The notes: generated by a model from the letters alone, not told the origin. Positions 41,017 to 53,158 are shown, counted from the stretch's first letter. The stretch is 64,000 nucleotides of DNA from Dehalococcoidia bacterium (GCA_046328265.1 JAXLWW010000001.1:116552-180551); one strand, 5' to 3'. Program-made: numbers and translations.

Positions 41017-41071
41017 CTGTCCCTCCAACCGGGGACGGGCCGAAGCGGCCCTGCTCGTTCTGGTGACGCGC

Positions 41072-43146
41072 CTAGGCGCGCGCCTTCGCCATGATCTCTT
41101 CGCCGACGGTCTTCGGCACTTCGGCGTAGTGGTCGAACTCCATCGAATAGGTTGCGCGGCCCTGAGTCGCCGAGCGAATGTCGGTCGCGTAACCAAACAT
41201 GTTCGACAGCGGCACCATGGCCCGGATACTGGTCGCATTGCCGCGAGGCTCCATCCCCTGGATGTGGCCTCGCCGGCGGTTCAAGTCGCCGATGACGTCG
41301 CCGGTGAACTCATCGGGTGTCGTCACTTCTACCTTGAAGATCGGCTCCAACAGCACCGGCCGGCCCTTCCGTACCGCTTCTTTGACCGCCATCGAGCCGG
41401 CGATCTCGAATGAAAGCGCATCCGAGTCGACTTCGTGGTAGGAACCGTCGGTCAACGTCACTTTGACGTCGACGACCGGGAAGCCGGCGATCACACCGGT
41501 TTCAAGCGCCTTGCGAACGCCGTCCTGGACGGCGCCAATATATTCACGGGGGATCGCGCCGCCGACGATCGCATCGACGAACTCAAAACCGGCGCCCTGG
41601 TCGTTCGGCTCGGCCTTCAGCACGACGTGGCCGAACTTGCCACGGCCGCCGGTCTGCCGGACGAAGCGGCCTTCGGCGTTCGCGCCCTGGGTGATCCGCT
41701 CACGGTACGCCACTTGCGGCTTGCCGACATTCGCCTCGACCTTGTACTCGCGGACCATCCGGTCGAGCAGCACATCGAGGTGCAATTCGCCCATGCCCGA
41801 AATAATCGTCTGCGCCGTCTCGTGGTCGACCCGAACGCGGAAGGTCGGGTCCTCCTCAGCCAAACGGGCGAGGGCATTCCCCAACTTGTCCTGGTCGGCG
41901 CGGGTCTTTGGCTCGACCGCAATGTCGATGACCGGCTCGGGGAACTTGATCGTCTCGAGCAGGATCGGCTTGTCGGAGTCGCAGAGCGTGTCGCCGGTAA
42001 AGGTGGTCTTGAGGCCGATTGTGGCGCAGATATCGCCGGCCCAGATCTCCGGATCTCCTCACGGCTGTTGGCATGCATCTGGAGCAATCGACCAATCCGT
42101 TCGCGCTGGCTCTTGGTCGCGTTGAGCACTTGGGAGCCGGACGAGAGGTGGCCGGAGTAGACCCGGAAATAGGCAAGCCGACCGACGTAGGGGTCGGTGA
42201 CGATCTTGAAGCAGAGTGCGCTAAACGGCTCGTCGTCGCTCGGGCGCCGCGCGACTTCCTCGTCGGTGCCTGGCCGAGTGCCAACGAAGGGCGGCTTGTC
42301 GGCCGGCGAGGGCAGAAAGTCGATGACCGCATCGAGCATGAGTTGGACGCCCTTGTTCTTGAGCGACGCCCCGCACAACACCGGCACGAGTTTCGATTCG
42401 AGAGTTGCCCGTCGCAACGCTGTCTTGAGTTCCTCGATCGAGATCTCGTCGCCCTCGAGATAGCGCAAAGTCAACTCGTCGTCGGTCTCGGCGATCGCCT
42501 CGACCAACGCCTCACGGTGCTTGGCCGCTTCATCGATCAATTCGGCGGGGATGTCGGCCGATTCGCGCTGTGTACCGAGGTCGTCGGTGTAAATGACCGC
42601 CTTGTTCTCGATCAGATCGACGATACCTTTGAAGCCGGCCTCACTACCGACCGGTATCTGCACAGGCACCGGCTTTGCGCCCAAGCGCTCGACAATCATC
42701 CCGACGGTGCGCCAGAAGTCTGCGCCTATCCGATCCATCTTGTTGACGAAGCAAATGCGTGGGACACGATACTTGTCGGCTTGGCGCCAGACCGTTTCGG
42801 ACTGTGGCTCGACACCGGCGACGGCATCGAAAACGACGACACCGCCGTCCAGGACGCGCAGACTGCGCTCGACCTCGGCGGTGAAATCGACGTGGCCGGG
42901 CGTGTCGATGATGTTGACCCGATGGCCATTCCACTCGGCAGTGGTTGCCGCAGCGGTGATGGTGATCCCACGCTCGCGCTCCTGGACCATCCAGTCCATC
43001 ACCGCGGTGCCTTCGTGGACCTCGCCGAGCTTGTAGGTCTTGCCGGTGTAGAACAACACCCGCTCGGTGGTGGTCGTCTTGCCCGCGTCGATATGGGCAA
43101 TGATCCCGATGTTTCGAATTTTCTCAAGCGCGATTGGGCGTGGCAT
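41072..43146 (-). pseudogene. fusA: Elongation factor G; reading frame interrupted by an apparent single-nucleotide deletion near 42050 (sequencing error or pseudogene)
   Basis: N-terminal frame (from the ATG at 43146): [25 protein letters not shown]...[12 protein letters not shown], then garbage. C-terminal frame: [24 protein letters not shown]...[14 protein letters not shown]...[14 protein letters not shown]...MAKARA. The two frames meet at minus-strand GAGGAGATC-CG-GAGATCTGG (plus 42041-42060), where one base is missing relative to the uninterrupted EF-G sequence. Confidence 0.85.
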
Positions 43147-43302
43147 TCGGTTCCCCATGGGGCACGACACGAGGTCGCGAGCGTTAGGCGCCAAAGCCAG
43201 TGGCTTTGGCCGAGCCGGGTGCGTCGAGCGCTCCCGAGAGGTTTCAGTGGCCGGGGTCGACACGGGAGGGCCGGCGCAGAGGCGCCGGCCACTCGGGTGT
43301 AG

Positions 43303-43773
43303 CTACCAGCGATAGTGCGAGAACGCGCGGTTCGCCTCGGCCATCCGATGCGTATCCTCGCGCTTTTTGATCGTTGCTCCCTGTCCTTGCGCCGCATCGA
43401 GCAATTCAGCGGCGAGCCGTTCCGAAAAGGTCTTGCCGGTGCGCGATCGCGCCGATCCGATCAGCCAACGGATCGCCAGCGACGTGCGCCTATCTCCTTT
43501 GATTTCGACCGGGACTTGGTAGGTCGCGCCGCCGACACGGCGCGGCTTGACTTCGAGGATCGGCGTCGCGTTGCGCAGCGCCTGCTCGAAAACGTCGAGC
43601 CCCGGGCGGCGCGCTTGACGCTCAATCACGTCGAAGGCGCCGTAGACACAGCGCTCGGCGACGCTCTTCTTGCCGTCGCGCATCACCTTGTTGATGAAAC
43701 GCTGAAGCAGCCTACTTCCAAACTTCGGGTCGGGCGGCGGAATTCGCTTCTCGACCTGTCCGCGTCGTGGCAT
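43303..43773 (-). CDS. rpsG: 30S ribosomal protein S7
   Basis: 156 aa. Confidence 0.9.
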   Translation of the reverse strand: MPRRGQVEKRIPPPDPKFGSRLLQRFINKVMRDGKKSVAERCVYGAFDVIERQARRPGLDVFEQALRNATPILEVKPRRVGGATYQVPVEIKGDRRTSLAIRWLIGSARSRTGKTFSERLAAELLDAAQGQGATIKKREDTHRMAEANRAFSHYRW

Positions 43774-43782
43774 CCCGTCCCC

Positions 43783-44223
43783 TTACTTCTTCGCAGCCTT
43801 GCCACGCTTGACGCCATACTTGCTGCGGCCCTGGTTGCGTGGCGACTTGTTGTTTTCGACGCCGCGGCAGTCGAGTGCGCCGCGCACGATGTGGTAGCGC
43901 ACGCCCGGCAGGTCCTTGACGCGGCCACCGCGGATCAGCACGACCGAGTGCTCCTGAAGGTTGTGGCCCTCGCCCGGAATGTAGGCGGTCACTTCCATCT
44001 GATTGGTCAGGCGGACGCGAGCGATCTTGCGTAGCGCCGAGTTTGGCTTCTTGGGTGTCATCGTCTTGACGGCGACGCAGACTCCTCGCTTCTGGGGCGA
44101 GCCCTTCTCCCGGCGCACCGAGCGCTTGGTCAGCGCGTTGTAGCCGAAGCGAAGGGCCGGCGCCTTGGTCTTCCTGCTGTTCGGCTTGCGACCCTTACGG
44201 ATCAACTGGCTGATTGTCGGCAA
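43783..44223 (-). CDS. rpsL: 30S ribosomal protein S12
   Basis: 146 aa ([13 protein letters not shown]...) with a ~20-aa basic C-terminal tail. Confidence 0.9.
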   Translation of the reverse strand: MPTISQLIRKGRKPNSRKTKAPALRFGYNALTKRSVRREKGSPQKRGVCVAVKTMTPKKPNSALRKIARVRLTNQMEVTAYIPGEGHNLQEHSVVLIRGGRVKDLPGVRYHIVRGALDCRGVENNKSPRNQGRSKYGVKRGKAAKK

Positions 44224-44493
44224 TCGACTTCTCCTAGTTTGCGCGGCCGTGCCGCGGTCCCCGGCTGTCCTGGGGCAGCAATCCTGATTGGTACGCGCCT
44301 GGGCGGCTCAACGGTCCGGTCTCAGGCAAACAAAATGGCCGCGAACCCCGCTCGTGAACCTGAAGGCGGACTGGTGGCCCGTTGCCCCCCGTTATCACGA
44401 TGAAGAGATCACAGCCGGCATTGCACGGCAATGCCTCCCGCGCGCTGCGGGGCGTTACCGAAGAGTACCGTCTCAGCGCTCGATTGTCAAATG

Positions 44494-44527
44494 TTGTGCG
44501 CCCGCCCGCGACCGCGGGGGCGCACAA
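44494..44527 (-). terminator. GC-rich hairpin immediately after the rpoC stop (candidate terminator/attenuator before rpsL)
   Basis: TTGTGCGCCCGC-ccgcgacc-GCGGGGGCGCACAA inverted repeat 6 nt downstream of the rpoC stop codon. Lies in a 310-nt rpoC-rpsL intergenic region. Confidence 0.5.
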
Positions 44528-44532
44528 TGCGG

Positions 44533-47500
44533 TTAGGTCCAGCCCTCGGTTGGGGTGGCGGCCGGAAGCGTTGTCAACTCGGCGAAGCCGTCATCCTCGA
44601 GAGCCTCCAACTCCTCGGCTTCGGGCAACTCGCCACGCTTTGGCTTATTCAACCCGGTCCCAGCCGGGATGAGTTTGCCGATGATGACGTTCTCCTTCAG
44701 GCCAAACAGCCGATCGACGGTGCCGGTGATTGCGGCTTCGGTCAGAACGCGGGTCGTCTCCTGGAAGCTGGCAGCGGCCAGGAAACTGTCGGTATTGAGC
44801 GAGGCCTTGGTGACACCAAGCAGAACGGTCTGGGCGGTGGCGGGCTCGCCGCCTTCGGCGAGGATGGCGGCGTTGATCTCCTCGTAGCGCGCCCGATCGA
44901 CGAGTTCACCGGGTAGCAACTCGGTATCGCCGGGCGAATCGACCCGCACCTTACGAAGCATCTGCCGGACGATCGTCTCGATGTGCTTGTCGTTGATCGC
45001 CACACCTTGCTGCTGGTAGACCTGCTGAACCTGCTCGACTAGATAGAGTTGAACGGCGTCGCGCCCGAGCACCCGCAGGATATCCTGTGGGTTGACCGAT
45101 CCATCGGTAAGCCGCTGGCCGGCCTGAACGCGCTGGCCGTTGTCGACGTCGATTCGGGCATTCGCCGGCACCGAATACTCGCGTTCTTCGCGTTCCTCGT
45201 AGGTGACGACGACCTGGCCGTTCTCGACCGTGACGATGCCGCCGATCCGGGCGCGGATCGCCTGCTCATCGTCGACCGTCGCCACTTCGGTCCCCTCGGC
45301 GTCCGGCGCGACGGCCAGCACATCGCCGGTGACGACATGATCGTTGGCCGAAGCCAGCACGGTGTAGCCGTCCGGGATGGCATGCTCGTCGCGATAAACC
45401 TCGGTGCTGATCACCTTGATCTTGCGGGCGTTGTCGTCCTGGCGGAGCACTTCGACGACGCCGTCGATCTCGGAGATCGTCGCCTGACCCTTTGGGTTAC
45501 GCGCCTCGAACAGTTCCTCGACGCGTGGCAAGCCGCTGGTGATGTCCGATACCGAGGCGACGCCACCGGTGTGGAAGGTGCGCATCGTCAACTGTGTACC
45601 CGGCTCGCCGATCGATTGGGCGGCGATGATGCCGACCGCCTCGCCCATCTCAACCAGATGGCCGCGGGCGAGGCTCCAGCCGTAGCAACGGCGGCAAACG
45701 CCGTGGCGCGCCCGGCAGGTGAGCGGTGAGCGCACCATCAGTTGATGGATGCCTTCCTCGATCACTCGGTTGGCATGCTCTTTGCTGATGACGCCTTCCT
45801 TCAACTTCGCTCGGTAGTCAGCCCAGACCCGGTTGATATCGCGCGCCATCTCGTGATCAACCTCGGTGTCTTCGGGGATAAGTTCCTCGAAGGTGTTCGG
45901 ATCACGAATCGGCTCGGGGTTGATCCGGCCGACCAGCCGGTCGCCCAGTTGGTCGGTACGATCGGTCTTGGCGAGCGCGTCGACGATGATGCCAATCCGG
46001 GTTCCGCAATCCTCTTCTCGGACGATCACGTCCTGAGCAACGTCGATCAGCCGGCGCGTCAGGTAACCCGAGTCGGCGGTACGGAGCGCGGTGTCGGCGA
46101 GGCCCTTACGCGCGCCATGGGTCGAGATGAAGTACTCGAGGACCGATAGTCCCTCGCGGAACGACGACCGGATCGGTAGGTCGATAATCCGCCCGGAAGG
46201 GTCGGTCATCAGACCACGCATCCCCGCCATCTGGCGGATCTGAGCGATGTTTCCCTTCGCCCCCGAGTTGGCCATCATGTGGATCGAACCGAAGCGGTCT
46301 TGGCCGGCTTCGATGTCGTGGGCGATCTGCTCACCCACCTCGCTCCAGAGGTCGACGGTGCTCTGGTACCGTTCTTCGTCGGAGATCAGGCCGCGCCGGT
46401 ACTGTCGTTCGATGTCGGCAAGCCGTTGGTCGGCATCGGCAAGCAGTTGCGCTTTGTTTGGCGGGGTCTGGATGTCGCTCACGGCGATCGTCACACCCGA
46501 GCGGGTCGCGAAGTCGAAGCCGAGACGCTTGATCTCGTCGACCACCTGAGCGGTCGCGTCATTCGGGAGAACGCGATAACACTCGGCGACGACGCGCTTG
46601 AGCGCCTTTTTGTCCATCACCTCGTTCCAGTAGCCGAGCGCCTCGGGCAGGATCTCGTTGAAGATGATCCGACCGACGGTCGTCCGGATCCGGACGGGAT
46701 TCTCAGGGTCGCTCGGCGGGGCGACCGGTACTTCGATCTCGGCCTGGAGGTCGACGATCCCGAGATCGTAGGCAAGCTTCGCCTCGTCGAAGTCGGCGAA
46801 CTGGGTGTTCTCACCAGGCGCGCCCGGCCGAAGCAACGTCATGTAGTAGCAGCCGAGCACCATATCGAGGGTCGGTGCGACTACCGGCTCGCCCGAACTG
46901 GGCGACAGGAGGTTCTGGGTCGAAAGCATCAGTTTCTTGGCCTCTTCGACCGCTGCCCTCGACAGCGGCACGTGGACCGCCATCTGGTCACCATCGAAGT
47001 CGGCGTTGAAAGCCGAGCAGACCAAGGGATGGATCTGGATCGCGCTGCCGTCGATCAGCACTGGCTGGAAAGCCTGGATGCCGAGCCGGTGGAGCGTCGG
47101 GGCGCGGTTGAGCAGCACCGGGCGGTCTTCGATCACCTCCTCGAGGACATCCCAGACTTCGGGCCGGACGCGCTCGACGACACGCTTGGCGCTCTTGATG
47201 TTGTGGGCATACTGGCGCTCGACCAGTCGGCGCATCACAAACGGTTTGAACAGTTCGAGCGCCATCCGCTTGGGCAGGCCGCATTGGTGGAGCTTTAGGT
47301 TCGGGCCGACGACGATGACCGAGCGGCCCGAATAGTCGACGCGCTTGCCGAGCAGGTTCTGACGGAAGCGTCCCTGCTTACCCTTGAGCATATCGGAGAG
47401 TGACTTCAGCTTGTGATTGGAGCTGGACGACACGGCGCGGCCGCGCCGGCCATTGTCGATCAGCGAGTCGACCGCCTCCTGGAGCATTCGCTTTTCGTTG

Positions 47501-48873
47501 CGAATAATGATCTCCGGTGCGGACAACTCGATCAGTCGCTTCAGGCGGTTGTTTCGGTTGATCACCCGCCGGTAGAGGTCGTTCAGGTCGCTGGTGGCAA
47601 ACCGTCCGCCGTCGAGTTGGACCATCGGCCGCAAATCCGGTGGCAACACCGGCAGGACGGTCAGGATCATCCACTCGGGACGGTTTCCGCTCTTACGGAA
47701 CGCCTCGACCACCCGCAGTTGCTTGGTGGCGCGCTTGCGCTTCTGGCCGGAGGTCGAATAGATCTGACCACGCAGGTCTTCGCGCAGGTCGTCGAGATTG
47801 ATCTTGGCGACGATGTCGCGCACCGCTTCTGCGCCCATCCCAGCCCGAAACAGGCCGCTGAATTTGTCGCGGAGCGACCGGTACTTTGCCTCGGTCAGCA
47901 GTTCGCGCACCCGGACGCCGTCGATCTCCTCGAAGCGCTCTTTGCGCTCCTTCTCGATCCGGTCGGTCTCGACCTTCAGCTTCTGGTCGAGCTTCTTGAC
48001 CTCGGAGTCGAGGTCGTTGATGAGCTTGTCGGCCTCGGCATCGGCAAGCGCGACAATTCCGTCGCGCTTGCGCTCGAACTCCTCTTCGACCCCGCGCGCC
48101 TGGGCGGCGGCTTCGAGGTCGAGTTCCTCGATCCGGTCCTCGTTGATGGCCGCATCTTCCTTGACGATCACGACACCACGGAAGACGATCGGCTCGCTGG
48201 CAGCCTGGCCAAGTTGGCCGCGCATCTCGCCCTGAAGGCGGCTGCTTTCGGCGATCAACTCCGCGCGGGCGGCGTTCCAGTCCTCTTGAAGGGCATCAAG
48301 CTGCTCCTTCTTCTTCGTCTCAGCGGCGTCGCGCGTCGCCTTGATCTGACCCTTGAGGTCGGCGATCTGGCTCTGGAGTCCCTCGGCCAACTCACCGATA
48401 GTGCGTTTGACCTCTTCCTCGATCTCTTCACGGGCGCGGGCGATCCCCGCGTCGTCGACCCAGGTGATGAGATACTGGGCAAAATAGAGCACGCGCTCGA
48501 GGTCGCGTGGGGAGATTTCCAGGAGCAATCCGAGCCGACTGGGCGTCCCCTTGACAAACCAGATGTGGGAGACCGGCGAAGCCAACTCGATGTGACCCAT
48601 TCGCTCGCGACGGACCTTGGCGCGCGTCACTTCGACGCCGCATTTGTCGCAGACGATGCCCTTAAAGCGGACGCGCTTGTACTTCCCGCAATAGCACTCG
48701 AAGTCCTTGGTCGGGCCGAAGATCTTCTCACAGAAGAGGCCGTCTTTTTCGGGCTTGAGCGTGCGGTAGTTGATGGTTTCCGGCTTGGTCACTTCGCCAT
48801 ACGACCAACTCCGGATCTGCTCCGGCGAGGCCAGCGAAATCCGCACCGCATTGAAATCGTTGACTTCCAGCAC
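44533..48873 (-). CDS. rpoC: DNA-directed RNA polymerase beta-prime subunit
   Basis: 1446 aa. N-terminal Zn motif ([21 protein letters not shown]...CDKCGVEV) and NADFDGD catalytic loop. Confidence 0.95.
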   Translation of the reverse strand: MLEVNDFNAVRISLASPEQIRSWSYGEVTKPETINYRTLKPEKDGLFCEKIFGPTKDFECYCGKYKRVRFKGIVCDKCGVEVTRAKVRRERMGHIELASPVSHIWFVKGTPSRLGLLLEISPRDLERVLYFAQYLITWVDDAGIARAREEIEEEVKRTIGELAEGLQSQIADLKGQIKATRDAAETKKKEQLDALQEDWNAARAELIAESSRLQGEMRGQLGQAASEPIVFRGVVIVKEDAAINEDRIEELDLEAAAQARGVEEEFERKRDGIVALADAEADKLINDLDSEVKKLDQKLKVETDRIEKERKERFEEIDGVRVRELLTEAKYRSLRDKFSGLFRAGMGAEAVRDIVAKINLDDLREDLRGQIYSTSGQKRKRATKQLRVVEAFRKSGNRPEWMILTVLPVLPPDLRPMVQLDGGRFATSDLNDLYRRVINRNNRLKRLIELSAPEIIIRNEKRMLQEAVDSLIDNGRRGRAVSSSSNHKLKSLSDMLKGKQGRFRQNLLGKRVDYSGRSVIVVGPNLKLHQCGLPKRMALELFKPFVMRRLVERQYAHNIKSAKRVVERVRPEVWDVLEEVIEDRPVLLNRAPTLHRLGIQAFQPVLIDGSAIQIHPLVCSAFNADFDGDQMAVHVPLSRAAVEEAKKLMLSTQNLLSPSSGEPVVAPTLDMVLGCYYMTLLRPGAPGENTQFADFDEAKLAYDLGIVDLQAEIEVPVAPPSDPENPVRIRTTVGRIIFNEILPEALGYWNEVMDKKALKRVVAECYRVLPNDATAQVVDEIKRLGFDFATRSGVTIAVSDIQTPPNKAQLLADADQRLADIERQYRRGLISDEERYQSTVDLWSEVGEQIAHDIEAGQDRFGSIHMMANSGAKGNIAQIRQMAGMRGLMTDPSGRIIDLPIRSSFREGLSVLEYFISTHGARKGLADTALRTADSGYLTRRLIDVAQDVIVREEDCGTRIGIIVDALAKTDRTDQLGDRLVGRINPEPIRDPNTFEELIPEDTEVDHEMARDINRVWADYRAKLKEGVISKEHANRVIEEGIHQLMVRSPLTCRARHGVCRRCYGWSLARGHLVEMGEAVGIIAAQSIGEPGTQLTMRTFHTGGVASVSDITSGLPRVEELFEARNPKGQATISEIDGVVEVLRQDDNARKIKVISTEVYRDEHAIPDGYTVLASANDHVVTGDVLAVAPDAEGTEVATVDDEQAIRARIGGIVTVENGQVVVTYEEREEREYSVPANARIDVDNGQRVQAGQRLTDGSVNPQDILRVLGRDAVQLYLVEQVQQVYQQQGVAINDKHIETIVRQMLRKVRVDSPGDTELLPGELVDRARYEEINAAILAEGGEPATAQTVLLGVTKASLNTDSFLAAASFQETTRVLTEAAITGTVDRLFGLKENVIIGKLIPAGTGLNKPKRGELPEAEELEALEDDGFAELTTLPAATPTEGWT

Positions 48874-48875
48874 CC

Positions 48876-51800
48876 TTATTCCTCCCGATCGTCCTCTAGC
48901 CCGTGCAGGTTGATGCCCAGTTCCGGAATGTCGAGCCCAAACGTGTCCTCGATGAAGGCGATCTTTTCTTCGTCCTCATTGAGGACTTCTACCGCCAACC
49001 CGAGGCTCTGGAGCTCTTTCACCAGGACTTTGAACGACTCCGGAACACCCGGCTCCAGAATGTCCTCGCCCTTGACGATCGCCTCGTAGGTCTTGACGCG
49101 ACCGACGACATCGTCGGACTTGACCGTCAAGATTTCCTGCAACGTGTGCGCCGCGCCGTACGCTTCGAGCGCCCACACTTCCATCTCTCCGAACCGCTGA
49201 CCGCCAAACTGCGCCTTTCCACCGAGTGGTTGCTGGGTGATCAGCGAGTAGGGGCCGGTCGACCGGGCGTGGATTTTGTCCTCAACGAGGTGAACCAACT
49301 TCAACATGTAGATATAGCCGACCGTCACCGCGCGGTCGAAGGCCTCGCCGGTGCGGCCGTCGTACAACCGCATCTTGCCGGTGATCGGCATGGGAAGTTG
49401 GTGGGTTCGCGCCTGGACGAAGGCAGCCTCGACCAACTGATCGTGCGTCATTGCCGACGAGTCGACGCCTTTCTCGGCCAGCCAGAGCTTGAGGCAGGCA
49501 TCGGTCGCCGACCCGGGTCGATCCTCGTCGAACACCGCCGCCCCGTCAAAACCCTGTTCGTCCAGCCAGCGCACGGTCGTCTCTCGGATCGCCAGCCGCG
49601 AGGTGGCGCCGTCCTCCGAACGAAAGTCCGGGTCGGCGTCATTCGCCTTGCCCACCAGCCAGGCTCGTGCCAGCGCATCCTCGATCGATTCTTCGTGCGC
49701 TCCGTCGAACACTGGGGTAACGACACGGAACCCGAGCGTCTTGGCCGCCCAGCCGAGATGCGTCTCGAGGACCTGGCCGACGTTCATCCGGCTTGGAACG
49801 CCGATCGGGTTGAGGATGATCTCGATCGCGGTGCCATCAGCCAGAAACGGCATGTCCTCGACTGGAACAATTCGCGAGACGACGCCTTTGTTGCCGTGCC
49901 GACCGGCCATCTTGTCGCCCTCGGACACCTTGCGCTTCTGGGCAATCGAGACCCGCACCAACTTGTTGACGCCAGCGGGCAGTTCGTCGTGGTGCTCGCG
50001 CGAGAACACCTTGACATCGACGACCTTGCCCCGTTCCCCATGCGGCACGCGCAGGCTGGTGTCCTTAACCTCCCGCGCCTTTTCGCCAAAGATCGCCCGG
50101 AGCAGTTTCTCTTCAGCGGTCAGTTCGGTCTCCCCCTTTGGGGTGATCTTGCCAACCAGGATGTCGCCCGGTCCGACTTCGGCGCCAATCCGGATGACAC
50201 CGTCCTCGTCGAGGTCCCGCAGGCTCTCTTCGCCGACGTTGGGAATGTCGCGGGTGATCTCCTCCGGACCGAGCTTGGTGTCGCGCGCCTCGACTTCGTG
50301 CTTCTCGATATGGATCGAGGTGAACTTGTCGTCGCGGACGATATTTTCGGAGAGGATGATCGCGTCCTCGAAGTTCGAGCCGTCCCAACTCATGAACGCG
50401 CACAGGACGTTCTGGCCGAGCGCAAGGTCACCGTTCTCGGTCGATGAGCTATCGGCCAATGGCTGACCCGAGGTCACCTTGTCGCCCGGAAAGACGATGG
50501 GGCGTTGGTTGATACAGGTCGCCTGGTTGGAGCGGATGAACTTCATCAATGGATAGATATGCTCATAGCCGTCGCCGTCGCGGACCATGATCCGCTCCGA
50601 GGTGCAGGAAACGACGACTCCATCGACATCCGAGACGATCACCTGGCCCGAGTCGCGGGCGACCTGGCTCTCCATTCCGGTGCCGACCAAAGGCGCTTCC
50701 GGGGCGACAAGCGGCACCGCCTGGCGCTGCATGTTCGACCCCATCAGGGCGCGGTTGGCATCGTCGTGCTCGAGGAACGGGATGAGCGACGCGGCCACCG
50801 AGACGATCTGCTTTGGCGAGACGTCCATCAGCCGGATGTTTTCGGGGCGTTCGGTGAGGAACTTCTCGCCGTAGCGCACCTCGGGCCGAGGCTCGACGAA
50901 CTCGGCGCTCTCGGTCAACGGCGCGTTCGCCTGGGCGATGATGTACAGGTCTTCCTCGTCGGCTGTCAGATATTCGATGTCGTCGGATACAAACGCCTTC
51001 ACCTTGATCGGCCGCTTGGCGACATCCGCCGCCTTGCGGGCGCTCTTCTGATCGAACTCAATCCCGGCCTCGAAGACGGCCTTGCCCTTGTCGTCGACGA
51101 TCGCCTCGCGCAGAGTTCGTCCGACCAACAGCGCGACGACCGACTCGGATTTCGGGTCGATCTCGCTGATCACCTTGCGATACGGGGTTTCAATGAAACC
51201 GTAGTCATTGATCTGTCCGAAGGTGGCCAACGATCCAATCAGGCCGATGTTGGGCCCTTCCGGCGTTTCAATCGGACAGATCCGGCCATAGTGCGAGTAA
51301 TGGACGTCGCGAACCTCGAACCCGGCGCGATCGCGCGAAAGCCCGCCCGGACCGAGCGCTGAAAGGCGGCGCTTATGGGTGAGTTCTGCCAGCGGGTTCG
51401 TCTGGTCCATGAACTGAGAAAGCTGCGACCCGCCGAAGAACTCCTTGATCGCGGCAACGACCGGACGGATGTTGACCAACGCACTCGGCGTGGCTTGCTC
51501 CGGGTCGGTGATGGTCATCCGCTCGCGGATCACTCGCTCCATCCGAAGCAGGCCAACCCGGAATTGGTTCTGAATGAGTTCGCCCACTGCGCGTACCCGA
51601 CGGTTCCCCAGGTGGTCGATGTCGTCTGGATGACCCTGGCCATTGTTGATCCGGATCATCTCGCGAACGATCGCAACGAGGTCGTCGCGCGTAAGGGTGC
51701 GGATGTCAAGTGGAGTGGGTGACTTCAGTCGCTTGTTGAGCTTGTAGCGGCCGACTTTGCCGAGGTCATACCGTCGACCGTTGAAGAACAACTGATTGAG

Positions 51801-52595
51801 CAGGGTGCGGGCGTTGTCGGCAGTCGGCGGCTCGCCGGGCCGCAAGCGGCGGTAGAATTCGAGCAGCGCCTCGTCCGTGGTCTTGGTCGAGTCGCGATCG
51901 AGCGTTGACTTGATGAACTGGTGATCGCTGGCGGTATCGGTCTCCTCGAAGGCGGCGAGGATATCGTCGTTGGAGCCCAGCCCGATCGCTCGCAGCAGCA
52001 CGGTGACCGGGATCTTGCGCTTGCGGTCGACCTTGACGGACAGAATGTCTTTGTTGGACGTCTCGAATTCCAGCCAGGCGCCGCGGTTGGGGATCAGTTT
52101 GCCAAAGCACAGCTTGCGGCCGGTCGTGGGATCTTCCTCACGAGTAAAGTAGACCCCCGGTGAGCGAACCAACTGCGAGACGACGACGCGCTCGGCGCCG
52201 TTGATCACGAAGGTGCCATTCTTGGTCATGATCGGGAAATCGCCCATGAACAGGTTCTGTTCTTTGATCTCCCCGGTCTCCTTGACCTCAAGTTGGACGC
52301 GCACCCGCAAGGGCGCGGCAAAGGTCATGTCGCGCTCACGGCATTCGACCTCGGGATACTTCGGCTCGCCGAAGTCGTACTCAAGGAACTTCAATTCCAA
52401 CTTGTTGCTGAAGTCCACGATCGGCGAAATCTCGTCGAGCAGTTCGCGCAGGCCCTCCCGCTGGAACCAATCGAACGACCGGATCTGAACCTGGATCAGA
52501 TTGGGGATCGCCAGGACGTCCGAAATTCGGTTGTAGGCCTTGACCTCCGTAATCGCTTCGGAGCCATTGCGCGCCAGACTCGTGGTAACCACCAT
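48876..52595 (-). CDS. rpoB: DNA-directed RNA polymerase beta subunit
   Basis: Start placed at MVVTTS (52595). GGGAG RBS 9 nt upstream. The N-terminal spacing then matches other bacterial beta subunits. The track ORF starts 25 codons further upstream at 52670. Confidence 0.9.
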   Translation of the reverse strand: MVVTTSLARNGSEAITEVKAYNRISDVLAIPNLIQVQIRSFDWFQREGLRELLDEISPIVDFSNKLELKFLEYDFGEPKYPEVECRERDMTFAAPLRVRVQLEVKETGEIKEQNLFMGDFPIMTKNGTFVINGAERVVVSQLVRSPGVYFTREEDPTTGRKLCFGKLIPNRGAWLEFETSNKDILSVKVDRKRKIPVTVLLRAIGLGSNDDILAAFEETDTASDHQFIKSTLDRDSTKTTDEALLEFYRRLRPGEPPTADNARTLLNQLFFNGRRYDLGKVGRYKLNKRLKSPTPLDIRTLTRDDLVAIVREMIRINNGQGHPDDIDHLGNRRVRAVGELIQNQFRVGLLRMERVIRERMTITDPEQATPSALVNIRPVVAAIKEFFGGSQLSQFMDQTNPLAELTHKRRLSALGPGGLSRDRAGFEVRDVHYSHYGRICPIETPEGPNIGLIGSLATFGQINDYGFIETPYRKVISEIDPKSESVVALLVGRTLREAIVDDKGKAVFEAGIEFDQKSARKAADVAKRPIKVKAFVSDDIEYLTADEEDLYIIAQANAPLTESAEFVEPRPEVRYGEKFLTERPENIRLMDVSPKQIVSVAASLIPFLEHDDANRALMGSNMQRQAVPLVAPEAPLVGTGMESQVARDSGQVIVSDVDGVVVSCTSERIMVRDGDGYEHIYPLMKFIRSNQATCINQRPIVFPGDKVTSGQPLADSSSTENGDLALGQNVLCAFMSWDGSNFEDAIILSENIVRDDKFTSIHIEKHEVEARDTKLGPEEITRDIPNVGEESLRDLDEDGVIRIGAEVGPGDILVGKITPKGETELTAEEKLLRAIFGEKAREVKDTSLRVPHGERGKVVDVKVFSREHHDELPAGVNKLVRVSIAQKRKVSEGDKMAGRHGNKGVVSRIVPVEDMPFLADGTAIEIILNPIGVPSRMNVGQVLETHLGWAAKTLGFRVVTPVFDGAHEESIEDALARAWLVGKANDADPDFRSEDGATSRLAIRETTVRWLDEQGFDGAAVFDEDRPGSATDACLKLWLAEKGVDSSAMTHDQLVEAAFVQARTHQLPMPITGKMRLYDGRTGEAFDRAVTVGYIYMLKLVHLVEDKIHARSTGPYSLITQQPLGGKAQFGGQRFGEMEVWALEAYGAAHTLQEILTVKSDDVVGRVKTYEAIVKGEDILEPGVPESFKVLVKELQSLGLAVEVLNEDEEKIAFIEDTFGLDIPELGINLHGLEDDREE

Positions 52596-52684
52596 GTGCT
52601 TTAACTCCCGCTCCTCGCTACCAGGCTCGACCGGCGGCATAAAACGCACCGCGCGGTTTGGGGAAGACATTCGCCAGGCCGAAA

Positions 52685-52712
52685 AGCCGCGGTGTTCCTC
52701 CGCGGCTGCGAA
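52685..52712 (-). promoter_or_regulatory. Hairpin plus U-tract in the rpoB leader (candidate attenuator/terminator)
   Basis: Minus strand reads AGCCGCGG-aggaaca-CCGCGGCT followed by TTTCGG, about 100 nt upstream of the proposed rpoB start. Confidence 0.4.
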
Positions 52713-52886
52713 AAGGTGGAAATGCGGTCACCTACGCTGGCCCGATCGATCGCGTCGTATCCCCGTGGCTAGATACGGTCTTGAACGGCAGGCTCGCTGG
52801 CTCGAAGGGACTCGTTACCGCAGGAACGGATGTCAAGGCTTGGCACAACACCCGGCCGAGGTAGCGTTCGCGAAGCGGATGCAGGC

Positions 52887-52915
52887 TTGCGACCGTAGGA
52901 CCGCTCCGATATAAT
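52887..52915 (+). promoter_or_regulatory. Sigma-70-like promoter candidate (TTGCGA-17nt-TATAAT) facing tRNA-Gly
   Basis: -35 at 52887-52892, -10 TATAAT at 52910-52915, 17-nt spacer. About 135 nt upstream of the tRNA. Confidence 0.4.
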
Positions 52916-53051
52916 GAACGCCGGTCGAACGAACATCGACACCACGGCTTCGGGGGACAGACCGTCTACGGGGGGAACCTTCGAACTCCGGAGAACTTGC
53001 CTAATCAACACGTCATTGTAGGGTGTCGTTCGCATTCCTGTCAAGGAACCC

Positions 53052-53124
53052 GGCGGGTGTAACTCAGCTGGCAGAGTGCTTGCTTCCCAAGCAAGATGTC
53101 GAGGGTTCGAATCCCTTCACCCGC
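53052..53124 (+). tRNA. tRNA-Gly (anticodon CCC)
   Basis: GCGGGTG...CACCCGC 7-bp acceptor stem. Anticodon stem GCTTGC/GCAAGC with loop TTCCCAA. T-arm GGTTCGAATCC. Discriminator U. CCA not encoded. Confidence 0.85.
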
Positions 53125-53130
53125 TCCCAC

Positions 53131-53158
53131 CGCCCGGACAACTTGACCGGGCTTCTTC
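53131..53158 (+). terminator. tRNA-Gly terminator hairpin plus T-rich tract
   Basis: GCCCGG-acaacttga-CCGGGC followed by TTCTTCAT. Confidence 0.5.

Noticed and set aside
42041-42060. Programmed ribosomal frameshift in fusA
   Set aside because: No slippery heptamer or downstream stimulatory structure, and no precedent for recoding in EF-G. A 1-nt indel (sequence error or pseudogene) is more parsimonious.
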